Positions 1 through 11,653 of a stretch of DNA of 35,276 nt are shown one piece after another; position 1 is the first letter of the stretch, and each line of letters begins with the position of its first letter. This DNA comes from Jimgerdemannia flammicorona (taxonomy: Eukaryota): the NCBI GenBank assembly GCA_003990765.1, contig RBNJ01000255.1, positions 1 through 35,276 on the forward strand, given 5' to 3'. The notes beneath the pieces were generated by a model, which ran no database searches, had not been told where the DNA came from, and saw only the letters and a program-made list of their open reading frames with translations. A program made the translations under genes and the position numbers.

Positions 1-149
1 CCAGCTCCGCCCCCTCTTCCACCGCGGCCCCCCGCCAGCAGGCCCCTCATACTTCCCCCCAAGCCTGGGCCTCTCCCCACTTGCTGCCATTCAAATGCTC
101 CAGGGCCGCCCTGCCCAGTACGCACCTCTGGATGCTCGTTGGTCGCCAT
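1..149 (-). CDS. N-terminus of a putative LINE ORF1, Gly/Arg-rich (MATNEHPEVRTGQGGPGAFEWQQVGRGPGLGGSMRGLLAGGRGGRGGGA...), partial
   Basis: Manual translation from ATG at 149, open to the window edge; WxxV.R and RGG motifs; CpGs retained. Not in the ORF track (no stop within the window). Confidence 0.4.
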   Translation of the reverse strand, partial: MATNEHPEVRTGQGGPGAFEWQQVGRGPGLGGSMRGLLAGGRGGRGGGA

Positions 150-1211
150 ATTACTAGTAGCTTTCTCCAGAAACCGTGTCGAAAGTGTTGCTAAAGGGTT
201 GTGTAACCTGAATGTTACTGGAGAAAGGACTTCCTGCACCTCATTCTGTGCACCATGCTCTCCCTACCACCAGGGGAAACCCAACCATATGCCAACGACC
301 GAAAGCACATACCTGAGAACCCAACGTATGTATAAGGCCATGCCTGAGCTGAATAGAATAGCCCCTACCATCTCAAAGAGAATGACAGGCAAAGAAAAAA
401 CCCTCATCAAAGCACAATACAGTGGGCAGGGCCTGGTTCTCCCAGTCGAGGTGAGTAAAGGACTTACACATGAGGTGGGAGGAAACCCCCAATACCCCAC
501 TACTCAAGCCTGTGGGCCTCAATCACGTTGCCATGTCAGCTCCCGGTTCCAGTTGAGTGTAGCCAAGACACCTGAAATGGGTAGCCTCGGCCCCCCCGAC
601 CCCCCCTGATGACTGGGGCCTCACCTTGCTATCTGCCAAAAGAAGCCGAGAGTGACACCTACCACCTAACTACGCCGCACCAATCAAAGGCCCCACCAAA
701 GCAGCACCTGCCCCAGCCCCGATGACCACCCCCAGCCTGGCACCCTACTGGTTCACCGTAATCGCCCTTCCACCTATCTGTGACGGCCATCTCCCCTCCC
801 ATCCCGACAACACCTGAAAAGCAGTCACCTACGCCAGAACCACGCTCGCCGGGAAGCTCGCCAAAGCCAGAGGGCCCCACCACAGGCACCAAGGACCTGC
901 AGGTAACCTACACTGAGCACTTGACGCCCAAGGTCAGCCAACTCCCTACGTAGCCCGAGACACACCAAGACAACTCCTTGTTGGCGATGGCAAAAGGAAG
1001 AAGGCGCCACACCAAAACGGGTACACCCCAGACACAGCTGAAGGCATCAGAATCCGCGAAAAAGTGGAGGAAGCACTGATCCGACACCGATAAAGAGGTA
1101 ACTCATCACCATTGCCCTCCTCCCACCATGCCCCTGCAGGCACAGCAAACCAACCCAAGGTAGAGGGGGTAATATTAGGGGAAAGGGGACTTGGAAGGTC
1201 ACCTACCAAAC
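1..1211 (-). mobile_element. 5' part of a putative LINE-like element (long 5'UTR plus start of a putative ORF1), runs off the left edge
   Basis: 236-1211 is highly similar to the 5' ~1 kb of the poly(A) retroposon copies at 4411-5605 and 10431-11649 but lacks their first ~33 nt; left of ~236 it diverges and leads into an ATG-initiated open frame. Confidence 0.6.
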
Positions 1212-2150
1212 AGCATGAGCAGTACCAGTATTGTCATCAAGACTTGGGGGTCTATATTCAAATCAGAGTCAATCATTCTCAACCAAGAGGTCTATTGGTC
1301 AGCAAGAGTAACCAATAATGAAGAGAACTATATCATTATTAATGAATATAGAGAGGTGGTTGCAATAGTGGTAAGAAATCTCTACAGTAATGAGCTTCAT
1401 CATCACATTAATGAGATTTATAAGAATTACATCAAATATCAGGTAGTAGGAAAGAAGAGACAAAAAAAGCAAAGAGGGGGAGTTTAGATGGAAATTGGGT
1501 ATATATACTACAATACTAGTAAAGAGTGGGTTCTGGAGTTCTGAAATTCTACACACTTATTGCCCTTTTTTTTACTTCTCTCCAGATAATCACACTCTTC
1601 ACTGATATACTCTTTTTGACACAATTCCAGGAATGTACAAGATTCTGTACTCTTACTAGAACTTTAGAAGTACTATTGAAGAGTAAACTATATGTGAGTA
1701 TGACATAGTCTGTATAGTGATAGCAGCTATGATCTGGGAGTTCTTTGAGCAGATTGGTAGAGTGTACAGCAGGCTAGCTTGATGGTGATCTCAGTGTGGC
1801 TATACATATATTCTTGGTATAATTTAGTATACCATATGAGGTGAGGAGCTCTGCTTTTTTTGGGTGCTGCAGCCCAGGGGATTTCTGCCCCCCTGCATGT
1901 AAAAAGAACTGACTGAATGCCATCTGTCTGACTGGTTTCTAAGTCAGGGCTCCTGGGGCTGAACTAAGAGCAGGTATCTACTAGTACAGCCTGGCAGTAT
2001 AAGGTCTTGGGCTAAGAGTTCATCCAACTGTATGCTTGTTTCATATCAGAATATATCAGGAATAATATTTCTCTGCCCACATATACAGATAACAACATCA
2101 CTCTAGTAATATTCTATGTCTCAGAAAGGAAGAACCCAATCTGAGAGAAT
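1212..2150 (+). pseudogene. Decayed multicopy gene of unknown function, possibly with an intron at ~1499-1585
   Basis: One frame (that of ORF 1191-1487) stays protein-like with stops that could derive from single transitions; GT...pyrimidine tract-CAG at 1499-1585; 1218-1480 has a diverged inverted homologue at 18783-19046. Confidence 0.4.
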
Positions 2151-2337
2151 AGCAGCAGAGTCTGGTATAATCTTACCTATAGTTTCAGGATTCTGTTTGC
2201 AGCCAATATAGCTATCCTATTTCAACCACATGACCACCATGACACCATTGCCTTCAAGGAGAGCTTGGACATAATAGTCATCATACTCATAACAGATAAC
2301 AGGCTCATCAAGGTCTAGGACTGATGGGTGGAGCAGG

Positions 2338-2421
2338 TTTTGTGAGGGTTAGGCAATATTTTGTAAGGGTTAAGCAATCTTTCATGAGGGTTAGGTAATC
2401 TTTCATAAGAGTTCAGCAGTT
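2338..2421. repeat. 21-bp tandem repeat, 4 units (TTTYRTRAGGGTTARGYAATM-like)
   Basis: Units start at 2338, 2359, 2380 and 2401. Confidence 0.85.
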
Positions 2422-2606
2422 ATTTTATATAGGTTGGGCTGATAGCTAGACACTTCTTCTATAGTACTAGTTTAGCTATTATACCAAGCCCTATCAGCCC
2501 CTTATCTCTGCTCTTATAGTGCTACTAGTACAGTACTGTAGTTCAGGACCAGGGTGCCTATGGGACCCAAACCAGTGATGGGGCCTGAATCTGAGGTAGA
2601 CTTCGA

Positions 2607-2768
2607 CCACCAGAAGTACTCTCTGATCACTGGAAATGTCCTCTGACTGCCAGAAGCACCCTCTGATCGCTAGAAGCACTCTCTAACTATCAAAACATCC
2701 TCTGACTGCCAGAAGCACTCTCCAACTACCAGAAGTACCCTCCAACCACCAGAAGTACTCTCTGACCC
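2607..2768. repeat. ~20-bp tandem repeat, ~8 units (CCAGAAGYACYCTCYRACYR-like)
   Basis: Recurrent ccagaagcac/ccagaagtac followed by ctctga/ctccaa at ~20-bp spacing. Confidence 0.85.
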
Positions 2769-2784
2769 AGACTCAGACTCTTTG

Positions 2785-3445
2785 GTAACTTGGGGCTACC
2801 CTTATGCTACTGGCAGAGGGCAGCAAATTTTGCATGCTCTCTCTACCAACCCTGCTAACCCCCAGCCTGGATATAGGCTGCTGGAGGGAGCCCCACCCAT
2901 CCCAGACACTTGTGGCTTAGGGCTACTCCTTGCTGCCAGCAGAGAGCTACAAATTTTGCATATTCTCTCTACCAACCCTGCTAACCCCCAGCCTGGATAT
3001 AGGCTGCTGGAGGGAGCCCCACCCATCCCAGATACTTGTGGCTTAGGGCTATCCCTTGCTGTCAGCAAAGAGCTACAAATTTTGCATGTTCTCTCTACCA
3101 ACTCCATATCTACCAATCCTGCTAACTGACTCCACCCACTGACCTGGGCACTAATAGCTTGGGGCTGTCTCTTGCTACTGATAGAGGACTGCAAATTTTG
3201 TACACTCTCTCTGCCTACCCCCCCCCCTCTGCCAATCCCCCTATCCCAGACACTTATGGCTTGGGACTGCCCCTTACTACTAGTAGAGGGCTGCAAATTT
3301 TGCACACTCTCTTTGCTGACCCTGTGCCTACCAACTTGTCCACTGACCCAGACACTAACAGCTTAGGGCTGCTCCTTGCTGCTAGTGGAGAGCCACAAAT
3401 TTTGCATGCTTCCTTTGTTACTACTAACCCTGCTGACCACTACTC
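2785..3445. repeat. Six-unit 102-126 bp tandem repeat with core CAAATTTTGCA
   Basis: Core at 2824, 2950, 3076, 3192, 3294 and 3396 (periods 126, 126, 116, 102, 102); first two units nearly identical. Confidence 0.9.
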
Positions 3446-3566
3446 TACTTAGGCTATAAACTCTGGGCTAAGTCCTTAGGTTTTTTTTTCTTTTTATTTT
3501 TGAAAGGTATTAAATATTCCACAAGACTAACCAACTTATCCATAAACCCCCAGGACCTACTAAATT

Positions 3567-4410
3567 TTAGCAGCTTAAGCCCCACCAAGACTTCAGATAC
3601 ATATATATCCAGATTATCTCAGCATTCAGTACACACCTCTTTAGAGCAATGAGGTCTACCCCATCTGAGAACACCTACTTGATGAGAGCACTGGAGGCAG
3701 GAATCACTAAGTAGTCCTAAGCCATACCATATAGGCTGGGGAAGTTTGTTTGAATAGCTATATGCCTTAGTAGGATAGAGCAGTGGTTAGATTAGTAGAT
3801 TAAATTAGTCCAATATCTGTCTGACAATTTATCTTCCACCAGTTAAGCACCTCTGTACCCTCCAGCAGAATCATACAGTCACTGGTAAGGTAAATGGTAA
3901 GTTCATCTATTGATGGCAACTCTTCTACTAATAGCTCTCTCTTCTTCTTTCTATTGAAGTAAATATAAGACAGGAGGGATCTCTTAGCATATTCATCCAG
4001 ACTTTGGCTGGAACCTTGTGGTGGTATATAGTTTTTCTGGTACACTTCAATTATGACCTACTTGATTCTCTCAATGAAGTACTGCTCCCAGCTCTGATCT
4101 TTATAGTATTGTAGCTTTAAGTATGGGTCTAGCACTATTTAGAGAAAAGAGAGTGAGTTTTTATAGAGATTTCTCTATTTTGAAAAAGACAATAGCTATA
4201 TGCCAACATATCTATACTGATTGAGTATATGGCAGTATCTGTTTTGGAGTAGTATTTTCTGAGCTTGCTTAGAGTAACCTCCATAGTGTCTCTCTAATCT
4301 AGGCTTAACTATAAATTACTACAACTCTCCAGCTTATCCTCAAGCTTATCCTCTAGTCAGTCAATCAGAAGGTTGTATACTGGTAATAGAGCTTATTATC
4401 AGAGTTGTTT
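3567..4410 (-). pseudogene. hAT transposase, C-terminal part including dimerization domain, with short introns
   Basis: KLRKYY, VLDPYLKLQYY, ELTIYL..LNWWK and FPSLYGMA*DYLVIPASS..VFS motifs; stop at 3567-3569. Confidence 0.9.
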
Positions 4411-5605
4411 TTTTTTTTTTTTTTTTTTTTGTTTAATGGACTCTATGTCCTGCAGATTTTTATTGGAAGGGAACCTTGACTATATAGGCCAAAACCCTCC
4501 CCCACCACCCATCAAGCACTGGCCCCCCATTAACCTAGGCTAGCTATTGTCCAGCAGCTCGACCATACTAGGTGTAACAGGGCAAAGTAGCCCACACCTC
4601 ATTCTGCACACCATGCTCTCCCTACCACCAGGGGAAATTCAGCCATATGCCAACGACCGAAAGCACATGCCCAAGAACCCAATGTATGTACAAGACCATG
4701 TCCAAGCTGAATAAAATAGCCCCTGCCACCCCAAAGAGAATGACAGGCAAAGAAAAACTCCTCATCAAAGTATAATACAGTGGGTAGGACCTGGTTCTTC
4801 CAGTTGAGGTGAGTAGAGAACTTATGTGAGGCAGAAGGAGACCCCCAATACCCCACTACTCAAGCCTGTGGGTCTTGATCACATTGCCATATCAGCTCTC
4901 GGTTCTAGTTGAGTGTAGCTAAGATGTCTAAAATGGATAGCCTCGGGCCCCCCAACCCCCTCTGACGACCAGGGCCCAACTCCACAAATCGCCAAAAGAA
5001 GCCGAGAGTGATACCTACCACCTTACTGCACCACACCAATCAAAAGGCCCCACCGAAGCAGCACCCACCCCAGCCCCAATGACTGCCCCCAGTCTGGCAC
5101 CCTACTGATTCACTATAATTGCCCTTCCTCCTATCTGTGACAGCCATCTCTCCTCCCATCCTGACATCATCTAAAAAACAGTCACTTATGCCAGAACTGT
5201 GCTTGCTGGGAAGCTCGCCAAAGCCAGAGGGCCCCACCACAGGTACCGAGGACCTGCAGGTAACCTATACTGAGCACTTGATGCCTAAGGTCAGCCGACT
5301 CTCTACATAGCCCGAGACACACCGAGACAACTCCTTGTTGGCAATGGCAAAAGGAAGAAGATACTGCACCAAAATGGGCACACCCTAGATGCAGCTGAAG
5401 GTACCAGAATCTGTGAAAAAGTGGAGGAAGTACTGATCCAACACCAATAAAGGGGCAACTCATCACTATTGCCCTCCTCCTACTATGCCCCTATAGGCAC
5501 AGCAAATCAACCCAAGGTAGAGGGGGTAATATTAGGGAAAAGGAGACTTGGAAGGTTGCCTACCAAACCTTGTGACCAGTAAGGTAGTGGAGAAAGGAGC
5601 CTCTG
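4411..5605 (-). mobile_element. 1.2-kb non-autonomous non-LTR retroposon, copy 2, inserted in the hAT
   Basis: T-tract at 4408-4430 (poly(A) on minus); 17-bp TSD TATTATCAGAGTTGTTT at 4394-4410 and 5606-5622; colinear with 10431-11649. Confidence 0.93.
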
Positions 5606-5622
5606 TATTATCAGAGTTGTTT

Positions 5623-6517
5623 GTTTGACTATATTCTTTATACAATCATCAAAACACTAGTAGTTATATATGATGAGGTATTGTATTGTACAGAGGCAGA
5701 CAAACCAAGTGTGGAGCCAGAGCAGTCACTACTTACTTCCAAAACTCTGATAATATTCCTAAGTACATCTTACTCACTTTCACCTAGAGCCTTGCTCTAT
5801 ATTTCCTTATCAGTAGTCTCTGTTAAATCTATTAAAAACTTCAATTATTCAAAACAAGTTGCTTCAGCTGACTGAAGAAAAAAAAAATATATTACAGCAA
5901 ACTCCAGTATATACTGGATCATTGCAAATATTAAGTTCCAATACATACAGATGTCCAATATAAGCTCTTTTGGAGCTAAACTGATTACTCTATACTGTGC
6001 AGCAAATTTGTCTCATCATTGTGGAGATGATCAGACTGATACAACCAGTTTGTATAGCTTGGAAATTATACTCAGGGCCCCTCCTCTCTCGGATGTTTTG
6101 TCTATATATATATATAAGATAGTTCTGAACAGTGAGGTTCAGTATATGGACCTGGTATTACATATAACAGCTTTCTATATCAAAGACTATATTTTTCTAT
6201 TTGAGGCTGACTGCTAAAACTTGGAAAAATATTGAGTTGTTTGTGGCATTATCTATCATAATGGCCAAAATCTATACTTGAAATATTCAGTTAGCAAATT
6301 TATATGAAAATAAATAATCAATAAAATCTGTTTTGTTTTAGGATCTCTCTCAAAATACTGATCTGATGGTAAGTCCCCCTTTTTTACCTTAGTTGTGATC
6401 CCAAGCTCTCTGATACAACTAATAAAAGTATCTGTGATATTATCTCTAGAATGAGGGCCAGCAAGTTTGATGAAGTCAAGGGTGAGAGATTTAAGCTATC
6501 AATTGAGATCAATCTAA
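5623..6517 (-). pseudogene. hAT transposase, middle part (RNase H-like core)
   Basis: LDFIKLAGPHS, ILAIMIDNATNN (second catalytic Asp region), HILNLTVQ (CxxH region), decayed TRWNST (CIWNLIFAMI). Confidence 0.85.
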
Positions 6518-7273
6518 TGTAATAACTCTCACTTCTACCCCTCTCTTATCCTTTAGATAATTAGGAAAGTGGACTATTACTTAGGGACTTAGTACACAAT
6601 GTGTACCAAGAAGCCTTCAGTTTGAGAAAGTGCTCACTTATAAGTAAGTGTAGCAGTAGTGCCTTCTGTTTCAAAGGTCTTTCTCTGGTACCCTATTTTG
6701 AGGGTCTTGTTCTTTGCTATACACAGACTGAATTTGCCTTGGAATTCAGATTCAATGAGTTTACTTAAGTCTTTGGAGATTTATATACTGGTCTCAGTTC
6801 TGATAGAAGTTAGCTAGGCTTCTAGAGTTTAGTCAGAAACACTAGAGTCACTTAGATGTCATTACTAAAACTCAGGGGAATGTGTATATATGGGGGGGAC
6901 TTGATTCTTATATCAAGGATTGAACTAAAACTGTTTTATTTTGGATGAAAAACTAGGGGGTATTTATACAAGTTGGTCTGCGATTTCTGACTAAGTATGA
7001 GTGACTAATTTGGTAACTATAATGAGGTTTGTGATCACAACCTTTGTCAGGTGGTTTTTGGTAAAGAATATCTTTGTAATCAGGACCTCAATTACTAGAC
7101 AATGATCAGCAGCTATGGCAACAGTTGCTGTGGCGCCGATTGTTGGGGATAAGCTAGATATTATTTTTCGCATCGTTTCACATCATTCATCATTTGTATG
7201 TCATGCTTTGTTTGTATGATGATGTCATCATCCTCAGGTCACATGATTGCTTGTTATGCCTCATTCTATTATA
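6518..7273 (-). repeat. E1 3' LTR (756 bp)
   Basis: Direct repeat of 16077-16832; plus-strand TGTAAT...ATTATA (terminal CA mutated to TA); PPT AAGGAGAGAAGGA adjacent at 7274-7286. Confidence 0.95.
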
Positions 7274-7436
7274 TCCTTCTCTCCTTAGAAATCAATGTCC
7301 TTATTGATTGAGAAATTGAAAACTAGAGGAGAGAAAGGTGGAGAATCCTGCTCGGGGTTATTGGCATCTTCTTCAGTAGCAGGGGGGGTGGTGGTTGCTG
7401 ATGGCTCACTGTCTAGGATGGAGAAGTCAATGAGGT

Positions 7437-8114
7437 CTACAAATGGTTCTTATATTGGGATAGGTGTTGATGTAGGAGTTCTCCATTTGATGCAGTTGGG
7501 GTCATCCAAGTAGGGTTCTTGGTCCTCATGCCTGGGAATATCCATTTGGATAGGCAGTCCTTCAAAGAGGTCAGAGAGGCCTTGAGCCATTGGTCAGGGT
7601 TGTCATTCAGAAGGGGGCTCCAGTAGGGTTCACAGTCAGTAGACTTGAGGGTGATCTAGGAGTTGGCTTCTTGAGCTACCTTGATCTTTAGTTTGTCAAC
7701 CTCAAAGAAGGAGAGGTTCTGGAAATCCTTCAGTTGGATATAGTTGAGGTTGGGGATTGCAAAGAGTACATGGCACATGATTCAATAGACCTTCTTGGCA
7801 AGTCTTTGCTCGCTCCTGTCTAGGTGGGTCCAATCAGTGACTTGGTCCATGGACAGGTTCTTTACCCATTGGAGGAGTTGATGACTAATCTCATATTTAT
7901 GCTAGATCTCTAGGTGGCTGGTGGCAAGGTAGGCTCTTTCGATGACTTCACAGCAGTTGAGGACATAGTGTCCTAAGTCCTGGCTGGAGAGGTTAAGGGC
8001 CTCTGAGCAGTAGTTCCTTTCTTGGATAGCAATCTGGATGTATCCAAAGAGGTGGTCAACCTGGCTTGGAAGGGGCTGGCTATGGTGGACAGTTTGGCAG
8101 TAGATAGTGGGCAT
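7437..8114 (-). pseudogene. E1 extra 3' ORF, 226 codons, unknown function
   Basis: ATG at 8114, one continuous frame with 3 internal stops (TAG, TGA, TAG); TATAAATA at 8179-8186 upstream. Confidence 0.7.
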
Positions 8115-8761
8115 TCTTATCTTGTCTTTTCTTTGTAAGGTGAGGGGGATGAGAGTTGCAGGGTATTCTTGCCTAGGGTATTTATACTTATTCACCCATC
8201 TGATGTGACCTTCCTTTGGTCATGCTTTCTGGTAAAATGCATAACCTGTTGCTGTAAGCAGAGCATGTGCTAGTCACATGAGAAGATCCTGATTTCAAAG
8301 ATATCATTACTTATAGTTGTGGTTACACAGAGTTAACAGGTCTTGATCCACTTTTTTTTTTGTCTAATTGGTGTAATTGTGAGGACTGGCCATCCTTGTC
8401 TAGGGTAAGGGCTCTCATTGTCATGGTTGGGGGTTTGAACCTCTCATAAATAGACTTTTCTTGTAATCTGAGGCAATTCCTAGTAACAATATCTGTCACA
8501 TAGATGGGCTTAGACTGGTTTTGACATTGTTAACTTTTCTAAGTTCCATATGAAGCCTCCATCATCATCCAGTAGAGATGACATAGATGGTGTGAAATAG
8601 AGTTATTCAAATATGTTTTGCTATACTATACTAGATTGTTCTTTTACTCAGGTATCTTCTTATTGGTTTATCCATAGTGTTCCTTTTTCTGCAATATTCG
8701 GTATTATATATTTCCAGATAAAATATGTAGTATCCTTCTGCTCACTTTGCACTCTAATACT

Positions 8762-10300
8762 TTAGAGCTGTAGTTCCTTTCTTTGCTGGGGGGTGAGTGT
8801 TTCCATGTAGTCCTGGAGGGCTTCACATGCATTCTTCAGAGCTTCTTCTTTTTCCCAGGTAGCATCATGGGTGGGGTAACCCTTCCACTTGATTAGGAAA
8901 AAGCACTTGACTGTTTTGGGATATTTGCAGACCTTGTGGTCAAGTACTTCCTCAATTTCGAATTCCTCATGATCATTGATCCTGATTGGGGGTGGTGGTG
9001 GAATTGTATGCTTGGGGAATAGATTCTCATGGTAGTCCACCAATTGGCTGATATGGAATACTGGGTGTACTCGGATATTGTGAGGAAGTTGCAACTTGTA
9101 GTTGACTTTGCTGATTTTTTCCATGATCTTGTATAGTCCAATTCTTCTAGCATAGAGTTTCTTGGCTGGTTGTTATGCCAGAGTGTCTGGGTGGAGGTGG
9201 TCTATTCTAAGCATGACCATGTCACCAATATTATAGAAGGCTTCTCTTTGCTTCAAGTTTGCATACTTGGTCTGATAGTCTTGTACTTCTATGAGAGTAT
9301 CTCTCATCATTTGTGTAAGGTCAGAAATGGTCTCAGCCAGATCTTGGGCTGCTGGAACTGCTGATTTTGCAGTAGTACTCGGGGTCCTTGGGTATTGACC
9401 ATGGTTCAGGAAAAATGGAGTCTTCTTTATAGAGGTTTGCTGACTGTTGTTATAGACAAACTCAGCATGGGCTAGGTACTTGTCCCAATAATTTTGCTTG
9501 TAACAGCAGAAGATGCTAAGCATCTGTTTGAGAGTCCTGTTGGTTCACTCAGTTTGACCATCAGTCTGAGGGTAGTAGGCAATAGAGAACTTCAGCTTGG
9601 TTCCATGGAGGGAGAAAAATGCCTTCCAGAAGTTGTTTGTGAACTTGGTGTCTCAGTCAGATACAATAGTGCTAGGCATGCCATGTAGCCTGAATACTTG
9701 ATTGAGGAAAATCTCAGCAATCTCTGGTGCTGTAGCAGTGGTCTTAGTGGGTGTAAAGTGGGCTTGTTTACTTAGGTGGCCCATGAATACCACAATGGCA
9801 TCCCATCCTACCTTGGTCTTGGGAAGTTGGACAATAAAGTCTATTGCAATCTGGTCCCAATTGTGACTCAGGATAGGTAAGGGTTGCAGGAGTCCTGCTG
9901 GTAGCTTGTTACCACTTTTAAACCTTTGGCACATCTCACATGAGACCACAAAGTCTTTGATGTCCTTGGTCATCTTTGGCCAATAGAACTCTCTTAAGAG
10001 AAGGTTGTAGGTCTTTTCGAAACCAAAGTATTCTGCTGTAGGAGTATTATAGAGTTCCTGTATGATCTTGAGTCGCAGAGTATCATTATTAGGTACAATC
10101 ACTCTGTCATGGTCTCTGTAGATAAGTCTATCATAGTAGGTGAATCTCTTGGCCATTTGCCCCATGGGTTCTGGAATCTTGACCTCTGGGTCTTGGCAGA
10201 ATTGAAGAAAATTCATCAGAGGGCTGTCTTGCTGGTAGCCATCCTTGATCATTTGGGTAAGGTCTCCAATCACTTTGACCATGAAGACAAGTTTATCTTC
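8762..10300 (-). pseudogene. pol: E1 integrase with C-terminal chromodomain
   Basis: FYWPKM..SCEMCQ, GLLQPLP, IAIDFI, IVSD, VHPVFHISQL; chromodomain EFEIEEVLDHK..FLIKWKGYPTHDATWE. Confidence 0.95.
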
Positions 10301-11602
10301 TATGTACCTGGAGAAACCATCAGCCACACAGTTGGTTTTGCCTGAGATATACTTGATTTCCATATCAAAGTTGGCAATGATTTCCATCTAGCAGGCTTGT
10401 CTGTAGGTTAGCATGGGCTGTATGTAAATACAGCTCCTTTCTCCACTACCTTACTGGTCACAAGGTTTGGTAGGTGACCTTCTGAGTCCCCTTTCCCCTA
10501 ATATTACCCCCTCTACCTTGGGTTGGTTTGCTGTACCTACAGGGGCATAGTGGGAGGAGGGCAATGGTGATGAGTTGCCCCTTTATTGGTGTCAGATCGG
10601 TGCTTCCTCCACTTTTTCTCGGATTCTGGTGCCTTTGGCTGTATCTGAGGTGTACCCATTTTGGTGTGGCACCTTCTTCCTTTTGCTGTTGCCAACAAGG
10701 AGTTGTCTCAGTGTATCTTGGGCTACATAGGGAGTCGGCCGACCTTGGGCATCAAGTGCTCAGTGTAGGTTACCTGCAGGTCCTCAGTGTCTGTGGTGGA
10801 GCCCTCTGGCTTTGGCGAGCTTCCCGGCGAGTGCAGTTCTAGTGTAGGTGACTGCTTTTCAGATGTTGTCAGAATGAGAGGGGAGATGGCCATCACAGAT
10901 AGGCGGAAGGGTGATTACAGTGAACCAGTAGGGTGCCAGGCTAGGGGCGGTCATTGGGGCTGGGGCAGGTACTGCTTTGGTGGGGCCTTTTGATTGATGC
11001 GGTGCAGTTAGGTGGTAGGTGTCACTATCGGCTTCTTTTGGCAGTCAGCAGGGTTGGGCCCCAGTTATCAGAGGGGGTCAGGAGGCCCGAGGCTACCCAT
11101 TTCAGGCGTCTTGGCTGCACTCAACTGGAACCGGGAGCTGACATGGCAATGTGATCGAGGCCTACAGACTTGAGTAGTGGGGTATTGGGGATTTCCTCCC
11201 ACCTCACGTATAAGTCCTTTACTCACCTCAACTGGGAGAACCAGGTCCTACCCACCATGTTGTACTTTGATGAGGGTTTTTTATTTGCCTGTCATTCTCT
11301 TTGAGGTGGCAGGGGCTATTCTATTCAACTTGGGTGTGGCCTTGTACATATGTTGAGTTCTCAGGCATGTGCTTTCGGTCGTTGGCATATGGTTGGGTTT
11401 CCCCTGGTGGTAGGGAGAGCATGGTGCACAGAATGAGGTGCGGGCTTATCAGCCCTGCTACGCCTGGCATAGTTGAGCTACTGGACAATAGCTAGCCTAG
11501 GTTAATGGGGTGGCAGTGCTTGGTGAGTGGTGGGGGAGAGTTTTGGCCTATATAGTCTAGGTTTCCTTCCAATAAAAATCTGCGGGACATGAGTCTGTTA
11601 AA

Positions 11603-11653
<51 letters not shown>

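Noticed and set aside
1290..1440. Zn2Cys6 domain on the minus strand after reversing transitions
   Set aside because: The second copy has CAC where the second Cys would be needed; the plus-strand frame is more coherent.
2338..2421. Telomeric repeats (GGGTTAGG)
   Set aside because: The motif is embedded in a 21-bp unit, not tandem TTAGGG.
2785..3445. CRISPR-like array (palindromic repeat plus variable spacers)
   Set aside because: Units are too long and degenerate, the first two linkers are near-identical, no cas genes, eukaryotic TE context.
7437..8114. Retroviral env gene
   Set aside because: Position fits, but no signal peptide, transmembrane segment or furin-type site is evident.
10528..11495. 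Protein-coding ORFs inside the 1.2-kb retroposon (also 139-609, 659-1209, 4599-5466)
   Set aside because: No recognisable domain, ORF limits differ between copies and all frames are interrupted; treated as UTR-like.
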